Shown here: positions 17,450-25,889 of the stretch, in pieces
How positions within the stretch are numbered: position 1 is the first letter of the stretch
Layout: every line of letters begins with the position of its first letter
Origin: Dehalococcoidia bacterium
GTDB taxonomy: Bacteria > Chloroflexota > Dehalococcoidia > Lucifugimonadales > UBA3495
Assembly: GCA_030740155.1 (NCBI GenBank)
Contig: JASLXV010000033.1
Coordinates: 971-64,970 of the forward strand
Direction of reading: 5' to 3'
Length of the DNA: 64,000 nt
The notes under the pieces: model-generated
What the model saw: only the letters and a program-made list of their open reading frames with translations
Databases searched by the model: none
What the model was told of the DNA's origin: nothing
Translations under genes and position numbers: made by a program

Positions 17450-17701
17450 TATCCCGTATTTCCCAACCTAGTCTCTCTGCTCCGGCAGCCCATCTACAGC
17501 CGTCTGGCCGGCCACGATGACACCAATCCGCCTCCGGCGTACAGAACGTCTTGCCCAAGACCCAGCCATGAGAGACGTGGTGGATTCGCAAGACTCAGAC
17601 AGCAACACCGCCAGCACCAGCGAGACGGGGCGGTTTGAGACGGAGACCTTGACCCAGAAGGAGATCCGCATTGGGCCGCGCGCTCAATCGGCTCGCCGCG
17701 G

Positions 17702-17730
17702 TTGACGGGGCGAGGGGCCGTTGCTAGACT
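17702..17730 (+). promoter_or_regulatory. Sigma70-like promoter candidate (TTGACG-17 nt-TAGACT)
   Basis: Read directly. Upstream of the acyl-CoA synthetase pair. Confidence 0.4.
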
Positions 17731-17853
17731 CACTCCGTCGGCGGTACAAGCTCTAGCCCCGTGACGCCGGCGAATCTAGGAACTATCCAAGAATTCGTGA
17801 CGGAGCCGCCGGGAGAACCCGGGGCTCGCGAATTTGAATTACAGGAGAATCCA

Positions 17854-18552
17854 ATGGCAGGTAAGGACATGATCTCCACGGCGCGCGACGCCGGGCGACG
17901 GCTTCTAACCGAGGTAGAGTCCAAGGAACTCCTCCTAGAGGCGGGCATTCCCACGACCTCCGCGCTGCTGGCCACCAGCAGGGAGGAGGCGACTCGATTG
18001 AGTCGCCAGATCGGCTTCCCGGCGGTCCTGAAGATTGCTTCCACAACCATTGTCCACAAGTCCGATGCGGGCGGGGTAAGGCTTGGCCTGTCCAGTGAGG
18101 ACGAGGTTGGGCTGGCCTACGATGAGATGATGGCCGCTATCAAGAAAGGGAATCCCGACGCCGATATTCAGGGCGTATCCGTGCAGCCGATGGCCCGGCC
18201 GGGGATCGAGCTAGTCATGGGCATGTCCAAAGACCAGCAATTCGGCCCCGTGCTCATGTTCGGTCTGGGAGGAGTGCTGGTGGAAGTGCTGGGAGACGTG
18301 GCTTTTCGCATCGTGCCGCTAACGCCTCGGGACGCGGCGCAAATGATCCGGGAGGTCAAAGGCTTCCCCATCCTGGAAGGCTATCGTGGTCAGGAGCCCG
18401 TCGACATCGCCGCACTCGAGGAGAGCTTGCTGAAGCTTTCCCGCTTTGTCGACGAACGACCCATGATCAAGGAAATGGACCTGAACCCGGTGTTCGCATA
18501 CAGCGACGGTCTGACCGTGGTTGACGCGAGGATCGTGCTAGAAGACGCGTAA
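17854..18552 (+). CDS. ADP-forming acyl/acetyl-CoA synthetase, beta (ATP-grasp) subunit
   Basis: LTEVESKELLLEAGIPT...FPAVLKI...HKSDAGGVRLGL is an ATP-grasp_5-type sequence. The start is moved to ATG 17854, after CAGGAGA. Confidence 0.75.
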   Translation: MAGKDMISTARDAGRRLLTEVESKELLLEAGIPTTSALLATSREEATRLSRQIGFPAVLKIASTTIVHKSDAGGVRLGLSSEDEVGLAYDEMMAAIKKGNPDADIQGVSVQPMARPGIELVMGMSKDQQFGPVLMFGLGGVLVEVLGDVAFRIVPLTPRDAAQMIREVKGFPILEGYRGQEPVDIAALEESLLKLSRFVDERPMIKEMDLNPVFAYSDGLTVVDARIVLEDA

Positions 18553-18574
18553 AGATCGCGAGAGGGAGAACAGC

Positions 18575-19987
18575 GTGAAGATCGCCAGAGAAAGGATTGA
18601 CCAAGCCCTGAATCCCCGCGTTGTGGCTGTTGTAGGAGACAAGGCGGCCTCGGGCTACCAGTGGCTGAAGAGCATGAGCACCTTTAAGGGGGACGTGTAC
18701 TCTGTACAGATAGACCCAAATGACATTCCGGGCATCGAGGCAATGGGGGTTCCCAACTACCCCAGCCTCATGGATATACCGAAAGACGTGGATTACGTTG
18801 TCGTGGCCGTGCCCCGTCGCGTAGCACCTTTCGTCTTCAAGGACTGCATCCAGAAGAACGTGGCGGGGGTAGGCATGTTCAGCTCCGGGTTTGCCGAGAC
18901 CGGCAACCCCGAGGCGGTGGAACTCCAGGAGAAAATAACCCAGATGGCTCGGGATTCCGGCATAGTGCTACTGGGTCCCAACTGCATGGGGCTGTACAAT
19001 CCCGCCCTGGGGGTACGCTTTTCGAGAGAGCAGTTCGCGGGCGAGGGCGGACCGGTAACATTCGTGTCGCAGAGCGGCGGGCACGCCGGGGCCTTCAGCC
19101 TCGCCGCTCATGCCAACGGTATCGGGATCAACAAGGTCGTCAGTTTCGGCAACGGTGTGGTGCTGGAGAGCCCCGACTACCTGGAGTATTTCGCCCAAGA
19201 CGCCGAGACTAAATTTATTGCCATGTACATCGAAGGAGTAAAAGACGGCCGCCGCTTTTTTGAATTGCTGCGGGAGACTACCCCGAAGAAACCGGTGATC
19301 ATCTGGAAGGGAGGTCAGACCGCTGAAGGGAAGCGAGCCACCTCATCCCACACGGGCTCCTTGGCGGAGTCGATGGATACTTGGGAGGTGCTCATCCGGC
19401 AGTGTGGGGCAATCCGGGTTGATTCCATGATCGAGTTGTCAGACGTGCTAAAGGCGCTGGTATCGCTGCCGAAGTTTACCGGGGATGGCGTGGGTCTCAC
19501 CGGGGGATCAGGAGGGCAGTCGGTCTCCATGACCGACGCCTTCGTCAAGTCGGGGCTCCGCGTGCCGATGTTCAGTCAGGAGTCGCTCGACAAACTGGGG
19601 GAGTTCTTCCAGTTGATCGGGGCCAGCTACCTCAACCCGGTGGACATCGGAGGCATGAACCGCGACATGACCGGGGCCATAGTGGACATCCTGAACTCAG
19701 ACCCCAACATTCACGTCGTCGCCATGCAATTGAGTACCCAGGCGTACGCGCGGAACCCCAAGCAGATCGATGATCTGATAGCGGCGCAGATGTCGGCCAG
19801 AGACAAGACCCAAAAACCCGTGGTCACAATACTTTTCTCGCCCGATCCCTACGGAGACGGCCACACTCTCAAGGACTTGGACCTCAAGCTACAAGAAGCG
19901 GGGATGCCCAGCTATCCGACCTACGAGCGGGCCGCCCTGGCCCTCAAGAAACTGGTGGACTACTATCGCTTCCATGAAGGTGCGTAG
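18575..19987 (+). CDS. ADP-forming acyl/acetyl-CoA synthetase, alpha (CoA-binding/ligase-CoA) subunit
   Basis: A VAVVGDKA CoA-binding start, GPNCMG and SQSGG motifs. Confidence 0.8.
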   Translation: MKIARERIDQALNPRVVAVVGDKAASGYQWLKSMSTFKGDVYSVQIDPNDIPGIEAMGVPNYPSLMDIPKDVDYVVVAVPRRVAPFVFKDCIQKNVAGVGMFSSGFAETGNPEAVELQEKITQMARDSGIVLLGPNCMGLYNPALGVRFSREQFAGEGGPVTFVSQSGGHAGAFSLAAHANGIGINKVVSFGNGVVLESPDYLEYFAQDAETKFIAMYIEGVKDGRRFFELLRETTPKKPVIIWKGGQTAEGKRATSSHTGSLAESMDTWEVLIRQCGAIRVDSMIELSDVLKALVSLPKFTGDGVGLTGGSGGQSVSMTDAFVKSGLRVPMFSQESLDKLGEFFQLIGASYLNPVDIGGMNRDMTGAIVDILNSDPNIHVVAMQLSTQAYARNPKQIDDLIAAQMSARDKTQKPVVTILFSPDPYGDGHTLKDLDLKLQEAGMPSYPTYERAALALKKLVDYYRFHEGA

Positions 19988-20128
19988 CTAGGACTCAGTC
20001 AACTTGGTTTTGGCAGGATGTCATTCTTAGGAGTCCTTCCGCGGAAGGACGACGAAGAATCTCAGCGTAACAATGAGATTCTTCGCTTCGCTCAGAATGA
20101 CAATTCGCAGATTGAAGTCGACTGAGTA
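19988..20128. repeat. 141-bp composite palindromic element that fills the gap between two convergent stop codons exactly
   Basis: The outer inverted repeat matches 16/18 (CTAGGACTCAGTCAACTT vs CTAGTACTCAGTCGACTT in reverse complement). Inner stems are GTCCTTCC/GGAAGGAC (8 bp), GAAGAATCTCA/TGAGATTCTTC (11 bp) and TGTCATTCT/AGAATGACA (9 bp). It contains the motif GTCATTCTGAGCGAAGCGAAGAATCTC. Confidence 0.8.
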
Positions 20129-21370
20129 CTAGGTCACCAGCCTTGGTATTACGTCACCCAGGCCATATCCGATGGCGGCGGAGACGACGCCGATGCCGAG
20201 AATCTCCAGGCCCTGTAGCACGGGCGATTTCCGGACCAGGCGTCCTTTACCCATCCCCAACGCGAACAGGCCCACGAGGGCCGCCACCACGGAGACCGCA
20301 ATGGCCGTCCCCCCATCCAGCAACATGTGGGGAACGATGGGCACCATAGCGGCCAGGATGAAGGAAAGCCCCATGGCGGCGGCGTCCTTGATGGGGCTGG
20401 CGGTCGTGTCGGGGCTGATGCCCAGTTCCTTCTCCACCAGGGTCCGCAGCCACAGGTCTTTATCTTCGGCGATCTGGTCGGCCAGGCGTCGGGCCTCAGC
20501 GTAGCTCTTCCCTTCGCGCTGGAAGATCACCGTCAGCTCCGCCAGCTCCTCCGCGGGGTTGGCTTCCAGTTCCGCGGCTTCTCGGGCAATCTCGGCGCGC
20601 CAAACGTCCTGCTCGGCCCGGGAGCCAAGGTAGGCCCCCGTCGCCATCGAGATCATCCCGGCCAGGGCACCGGCCATCCCGGCTACCAGCACGGTAGAGG
20701 TTTGGTCTACCGCCACGGCCACCGAGGTAACCAATGCCAGCGTGCTCAAGACGCCGTCCTGGGCCCCGAAGACCACCTCTCTGAGCCTACCCAACGAAGC
20801 GACCCGCCAGCGCTCCCGGTCTACCTCCATGGCCGCGTTGACGTAGATATCCAGCTCCGAAGCGGGGAAGCTTGCCCCTTCCTCTCCCGCCGCCGGGGCG
20901 CTCCCCACGGGCTGGCCGGGTTCCGCCGGTGCGGTGGCTGTGGCCGCCGTTGCCACGGGTCCGGACCGGCGCGCTTCCAGTCGTTCCAACGCCTCGGTGA
21001 ACATCTCCAGGTGGTGGCGCTCCCGTTCCAGGGCCATGCCAAACGAATCGGCGGCGTCGGTGCGGCCCTCCGCCAGGGCGTCCCGGATCATCCGGGGGTA
21101 CAGGATGCTGGCTTCTTTGGATTCCCCGATTGCGACGGCGCGCAGGTTCTCCGCCGTGGTCCCGATGTCGCCGGAAACCCGCAGGTGGTTTATGCCGTGA
21201 ATCGTCTCGGCCCCCGACACCTCCTGAAAGATCTGGGCCACCTCGGGCAGGCCTTCTTCCAGTGCCTTATGGGCGTAGGCGTTGTATTTCAGGTGCGCCA
21301 ACGCCTCGGCCACGATGGCGTTCCACAGGTTTCTCTCGGTCTTGGTCAGGGCGGGGGAATCAGTGCTCAT
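20129..21370 (-). CDS. mbfA: Erythrin-VIT1 (MbfA-like) membrane-bound ferritin/iron exporter
   Basis: The N-terminal rubrerythrin/ferritin-like four-helix domain has E..H pairs (AEALAHLKY, GAETIHGINH, ERERHHLEMF). The C-terminal VIT1/CCC1 membrane domain has VFGAQDGVLSTLALV. Confidence 0.75.
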   Translation of the reverse strand: MSTDSPALTKTERNLWNAIVAEALAHLKYNAYAHKALEEGLPEVAQIFQEVSGAETIHGINHLRVSGDIGTTAENLRAVAIGESKEASILYPRMIRDALAEGRTDAADSFGMALERERHHLEMFTEALERLEARRSGPVATAATATAPAEPGQPVGSAPAAGEEGASFPASELDIYVNAAMEVDRERWRVASLGRLREVVFGAQDGVLSTLALVTSVAVAVDQTSTVLVAGMAGALAGMISMATGAYLGSRAEQDVWRAEIAREAAELEANPAEELAELTVIFQREGKSYAEARRLADQIAEDKDLWLRTLVEKELGISPDTTASPIKDAAAMGLSFILAAMVPIVPHMLLDGGTAIAVSVVAALVGLFALGMGKGRLVRKSPVLQGLEILGIGVVSAAIGYGLGDVIPRLVT

Positions 21371-21647
21371 GATTGGTGACCTCTCGCGGGTGTTGGCCTA
21401 AACAGAGTGGCGGGTGAAGGGGTGCCCTCAGGCTTGGCGGGAAAGGCCGCCGGGAAGGAGGAGATGACCCGCCTCGGCCCCGGCGTGCGGGACTAGCCCA
21501 GCATCCCGGGCCCCTGCCCCCAGGCCAGACGTGGCTGGAAGCGGGGACCGCGGACCTGGGAGTACCGGCGCAACGGTTCTGACCAGGGCCGCCGCCAAGA
21601 AGACGGCTCCCGGCAGATGCCATGCCGGTCCCGGATACGGTTGAAAT

Positions 21648-21688
21648 CGAGTCGTGTTCTCCTTCCGGATGAGAGGGAACACGACTCG
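21648..21688. terminator. Perfect 12-bp stem hairpin (CGAGTCGTGTTC...GAACACGACTCG), a possible terminator downstream of the NIPSNAP gene
   Basis: Read directly. It lies 66 nt past the minus-strand stop at 21754. Flanking T-tracts are weak (ATTTC / TCGTATTTCGTT). Confidence 0.35.
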
Positions 21689-21753
21689 TCGTATTTCGTT
21701 CCCGCGTTGACTCTCCATGCGGGCCCGAAGGTCAAGCGAACTTGCCGGATTGC

Positions 21754-22380
21754 TCAGTGCATCGGCGAGAAGGAGGCGGGCACCAATATCTTGTTCTCCT
21801 GCTTGACCAGGAATTCCCGGGTGGCCGGCGGCCAATGGGGACTCGCGGAGGCCTCGGCCCGGACCCGATTGCGCTCGGCCAGGTCCTTGTAGGGCCAGAT
21901 GTGGACCCACTTGTTCAGCCCGCCGATTTCGCTGTACATGCCGGCCGCCAGAGGTGAAAACTTCTCCCGGTGGGGAACCGCCTCCTCCCACAACTGGACT
22001 ACCTTGGACATGGTTCCGGTCCGGTAAGTGTAGGTGCGCATCTCGTAGATGTCGCCCAAGGCCTGGTCGCCACCCAGGGGCCGCATAAATGAGGCGGGGA
22101 GGAAGATCTCCGACTCCTGGGCGATGTACATCGCGGGATCATTGTGTGGGGGCCAGTTGGGGTCCTTCGACGCCTCAGCGCGAATACGATTGCGCTCCTC
22201 CACACTCTCGTAGGGCCAGACGTGGATCACCTGGTTCAGGGGTCCGATTTCCGTGTGCCAGAAAGCGCCCAGCTTGGAGAACTTCTCCCGGAAGGGTAAT
22301 GCTTTGGCGAAATTCTCCTCGAACTGGGGCACCGACCCGGGCTTGAGAGTATAGGTGCGGACTTCGTAGATCATGGCCAC
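21754..22380 (-). CDS. Tandem NIPSNAP-domain protein
   Basis: Two copies of the pattern Y(E)(V/M)RTYT...G..........G.LNQ/KW.HIWPY..L.ER..VRAEA...P.WPP. Confidence 0.75.
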   Translation of the reverse strand: MAMIYEVRTYTLKPGSVPQFEENFAKALPFREKFSKLGAFWHTEIGPLNQVIHVWPYESVEERNRIRAEASKDPNWPPHNDPAMYIAQESEIFLPASFMRPLGGDQALGDIYEMRTYTYRTGTMSKVVQLWEEAVPHREKFSPLAAGMYSEIGGLNKWVHIWPYKDLAERNRVRAEASASPHWPPATREFLVKQENKILVPASFSPMH

Positions 22381-22657
22381 TCCTTGCTCCGATTTGTATC
22401 AATGCCTGCCCACATCGGTGGGTGGCTGTGGCGAAGGCGCTCGATTCACCGGCCTAGTGTAGCAAAAACCGTGTGCGCGGGCAAACACTCGCGGCCGCGG
22501 TGTGCCCGGCCTTGAGGATACTTGCCCTGACGTCCCGAGAGAACCCCGCGCATTTGCGATCCAGTCCCGCTTCAGTGGACTGGATCGGGGGGCCGGCTCG
22601 GGCGCGGTGTCGCCGTCGGCCCAGGCAGGTGATAGAATCTCACCAGGCGTACAGATC

Positions 22658-23425
22658 ATGACTCAAAGAGCGGGCCCAGCCACAACTCAACCAGGTGAAC
22701 TCTTGAGCAAGGCGAGGCTCGAGGGGCTGCTGGCCGGCCGGAAGCCGTCGACGGATGGTCCGGCGTCCTCGGTGTACCTTCGCTCCGGGGAAGCGGAGGC
22801 TTTCTTGAAGGCGTCCGGCCCCGAAGGCCGGGAGTGGCGCGAGCTTCTGCAGCGGATAGGCCCCCCGGTGTTGAACTCGGACACCGGCATCGCCGGTCTG
22901 AGGGCTGGCCCTGAGGCGGTGGTGATCCTGCCGCCCTTTCCGCTGGCCGCAAGCGAGCTGATCCCCGCCTGGGATGTCTCTCCCCTGTTGGGAGTGTTGG
23001 AGACGAAATACACTGTTGGGGTGGTTTTGCTCCGGCTGGGCCGCTTTCTGATCGCGGTCTACCGGGGCGGGCAGGTCCTGTCCTCAAAGACCGATACCCG
23101 GTATGTGAAGGGGCGCCACCATGCCGGCGGTACCTCGCAGAAGCGTTTTCAGCGCATCCGGGAGGGCCAGGTGCACCGGCTCTACGTCAAGGCCTGCGGG
23201 TTCGTCCGGAGTCAGTTCGACCCCTTCAGCGAGCAGCTTGACTACATCTTGTTGGGCGGCGAGAGATTTACCCTGGATGGGTTCATGAAGTCGTGCGATT
23301 ATCTGGAGCGCTGGCGGGGTAAGATCCTGGGCCGCCGGTTGAACGTGCGCGAGCCGAAGCACGATACCCTGGAAAGGGTGGGTGGCATGCTGCTGGAAAG
23401 CCGGGTCTGGGTCATCGAGTGGTGA
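22658..23425 (+). CDS. eRF1/Vms1-like release-factor-fold protein (acVLRF1-type putative peptidyl-tRNA hydrolase)
   Basis: The loop YVKGRHHAGGTSQKRFQRIREGQ resembles the eRF1 GGQSxxRFxRLR catalytic loop, and its context (VGVVLLRLGRFLIAVYRGGQVL, LLGGERF) matches the acVLRF1 pattern I recall. The start is moved to ATG 22658. Confidence 0.6.
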   Translation: MTQRAGPATTQPGELLSKARLEGLLAGRKPSTDGPASSVYLRSGEAEAFLKASGPEGREWRELLQRIGPPVLNSDTGIAGLRAGPEAVVILPPFPLAASELIPAWDVSPLLGVLETKYTVGVVLLRLGRFLIAVYRGGQVLSSKTDTRYVKGRHHAGGTSQKRFQRIREGQVHRLYVKACGFVRSQFDPFSEQLDYILLGGERFTLDGFMKSCDYLERWRGKILGRRLNVREPKHDTLERVGGMLLESRVWVIEW

Positions 23426-23435
23426 CGCGGACCCG

Positions 23436-25868
23436 ATGTGTGGGAATGGTTTGTTCGACGACGCTGCTGAAATAACCCGCGGTGAGCCCCAGGTTGACGC
23501 CGTGGGGCCAGCCAGCATTGTGGGAGGGTTTTCCGAGTCGGTGCGCCTGCTGGAGTTCGACCAGATCCGGCGAAAACTGGCTTACTACGCCCGCACCGTT
23601 ATGGGCCGCGAGGCGGCCCTCTCCCTGACTCCGTCCGCCGACCTGCTGGAGATCGTCGCCCGGCAGCAGGAGACTTCGGAGGCCCGGCGGTTCCTGGACG
23701 ATGGCGGGGCTTTGGAGTTCGGCCCGGATATCGATTTCCGGGAATACGTCCATCGGGCTTTACTGGGCGGCCTCTTGCGTGGCGAGGAGTTGTGCGCCAT
23801 CCAGGGGCTGCTGGCGTGCGCCCGTTACGACCGGACCAACCTCTCCCGCCACGAGAGAACGCCCCTGCTCTCCGGAGTGGGGGATAACCTACCGGACTTG
23901 GGGGCCCTCGAGAGAGCCATCGGTTCCGCGATCAGCCCTGCGGGAGAAGTCCTGGATGGCGCCAGCCCGGCCTTGGGCCAGCTTCGCCAAGAGGCCCGGT
24001 CGGCCCACGGACGATTGAACGAGGTCATGGAGCGCAACCTCCGCCGACTGCAACGCCAGGATGTGATCCAGGAGCCGATCGTTACCCAGCGCAACGGCCG
24101 GCTGGTGCTGTTGATCCGGGCCGAGTTGAGGTCTCGGGTTCCCGGCATCGTCCACGACGTTTCCGACAGCGGGGCCACCGTGTTCGTCGAACCGTTGCCG
24201 GCCATCGACCTGGGCAACCGGTGGCGGGAAAACCGGCTGGCCGCGGAGCGGGAGGAAGAAAGAGTCCTGCGGAGCCTCTCCGACGCGGTGGGCCGGGCCG
24301 GCGAGGACCTTCTACTGACACTGGACCTGCTGGCCCGCCTGGACCTGGACATGGCCAAAGGACGCTACTCAGCGGCCGTGAAGGGCGTTGCGCCGGAGGT
24401 TTCCGACCAGTCCGGCCAAATGCGCCACCTGCGGTTATCCGGAGCGCGCCATCCCCTGCTCTCCGCGGCCGTGGTCCCCGTTAGCCTGGAGTTGGGAGGT
24501 GAGGAAGGGGTGATGCTGATCACCGGGCCCAACGCCGGAGGGAAGACCGTCACCCTGAAGACGGTGGGGCTGCTGGCCCTGATGGCTCAGGCCGGGCTTC
24601 ACGTTCCAGCCGATGAGGCCCTCTTTCCCCGGCGGGATGGAATTTTCGCCGACATCGGCGACCAGCAAAGCATCGAGCAGTCCCTGTCCACCTTCAGCTC
24701 TCACATCCACAATATCCTCTCCATTATGGAGCGGGCGACGGTCGACTCCCTCGTGCTGCTTGACGAGCTGGGTACCAGTACCGACCCGGAGGAGGGCTCG
24801 GCCCTGGCCGGAGCCATCTTGGGCCACTTTCGAGACCAAGGCGTATTGTTGGTGGCGACCACCCACCACCGGGGCGTGGCCCGGTACGTCCAGGAGCAGC
24901 CGGGGATGGTCAATGCCAGCGTGGACCTGCATCCCCAGACCCTGGAGCCAACGTGTAAGGTCACCCTGGGCCTGCCGGGGCGCAGCTACGCTCTGACCAT
25001 CGCAGCCCGCCTTGGCCTGCCCCCGGACATCATCGAGCAGGCCAGAGCCTCCCTATCGCCGGAGGCGCGGACCACCGAGGACCTGCTGGGCGAGATTCAA
25101 GAGGAGCGACGGGTCATCGATGTTTTGCGCCGGGAAGCCGAAACCGCCCATCTCCAGGCCAAGCAGCAGCAGGCGGAGGTTGAAGCCCAGCTAGCCTCGG
25201 TGGAAACCTCGAAGGTGGAGTTGGTCGAGGAGGCCCGGCAGGAGTTGCAGGACCGGATCAGTGACCTGCTGGCCCGGCTTCAAGAGGCGGAGCGGGCGCT
25301 GGACCGGCCCGCCCCCCGCAAGGTGCTCCAGGAGGAGCGAGACCGGCTCACCGAAACCCGCCGGCAGCTCAGCTCGCCTCGTTGGGAGCCGATTGAGGTG
25401 CGGCGGATTCCGTGGCAGGAACGGATCAAGAGCGGCGACCGGATTCACGTTCGGGGCATCGCTCGCTCGGTGGAGGTGATCACCCCGCCCGACGACCAGG
25501 GCTTGGTGGAGGTGCTGGTGGGAACCATGCGGGCCAAGATACCGGTGTACCAGGTGGAGCACAAGGTGGAGGGTCATCAAGCCGCGGCCGAGCATCAGGT
25601 GTTCTTCAGCCGCCCCACCGGGCGCCGGACCGCCACCGAGATCGACGTCAGAGGCCTTCGAGCCGACGAGGCGTTGGCCCAGGTTGAAGGATTGCTGAAC
25701 GACGTTGCCCTAGATGGCTTGCGCTCAGCTCGCATCATCCACGGCAAAGGCACCGGCGCGTTGCGCCTGGCCGTGCGGAACTACCTGCATGGACACCCCC
25801 TGGTGGCGGCGGCGGCCTCCGCCGAAGGCCCCGGTGGAGAAGGGGTAACCGTGGTGGAGTTGAAGTAA
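23436..25868 (+). CDS. mutS2: Endonuclease MutS2 (MutS-family ATPase with C-terminal Smr domain)
   Basis: Walker A ITGPNAGGKTVTLKT, DELGTSTDP, a long coiled coil, and a C-terminal Smr domain (IDVRGLRADEA...IIHGKGTGALR). The first 18 codons of the track ORF overlap the upstream gene, so ATG 23436 is used (provisional). Confidence 0.9.
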   Translation: MCGNGLFDDAAEITRGEPQVDAVGPASIVGGFSESVRLLEFDQIRRKLAYYARTVMGREAALSLTPSADLLEIVARQQETSEARRFLDDGGALEFGPDIDFREYVHRALLGGLLRGEELCAIQGLLACARYDRTNLSRHERTPLLSGVGDNLPDLGALERAIGSAISPAGEVLDGASPALGQLRQEARSAHGRLNEVMERNLRRLQRQDVIQEPIVTQRNGRLVLLIRAELRSRVPGIVHDVSDSGATVFVEPLPAIDLGNRWRENRLAAEREEERVLRSLSDAVGRAGEDLLLTLDLLARLDLDMAKGRYSAAVKGVAPEVSDQSGQMRHLRLSGARHPLLSAAVVPVSLELGGEEGVMLITGPNAGGKTVTLKTVGLLALMAQAGLHVPADEALFPRRDGIFADIGDQQSIEQSLSTFSSHIHNILSIMERATVDSLVLLDELGTSTDPEEGSALAGAILGHFRDQGVLLVATTHHRGVARYVQEQPGMVNASVDLHPQTLEPTCKVTLGLPGRSYALTIAARLGLPPDIIEQARASLSPEARTTEDLLGEIQEERRVIDVLRREAETAHLQAKQQQAEVEAQLASVETSKVELVEEARQELQDRISDLLARLQEAERALDRPAPRKVLQEERDRLTETRRQLSSPRWEPIEVRRIPWQERIKSGDRIHVRGIARSVEVITPPDDQGLVEVLVGTMRAKIPVYQVEHKVEGHQAAAEHQVFFSRPTGRRTATEIDVRGLRADEALAQVEGLLNDVALDGLRSARIIHGKGTGALRLAVRNYLHGHPLVAAAASAEGPGGEGVTVVELK

Positions 25869-25889
25869 GCCAGGCAGGTCCGGCCGGCG

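Noticed and set aside
21428-21991. 187-aa minus-strand ORF spanning the mbfA-NIPSNAP gap and the NIPSNAP 3' end.
   Set aside because: It is out of frame with the well-supported NIPSNAP gene and is Gly/Arg/Pro-rich. The gap contains only a 12-bp-stem hairpin that I could support.
22502-22657. The upstream 52 codons of the VLRF1-like ORF, and a TGaTAGAAT extended -10-like motif at 22630-22638.
   Set aside because: The extension is junk-like (MPGLEDTCPDVPREPRAF...). The -10-like motif would leave only about 13 nt of leader with no SD. That is possible, but too speculative to list as a feature.
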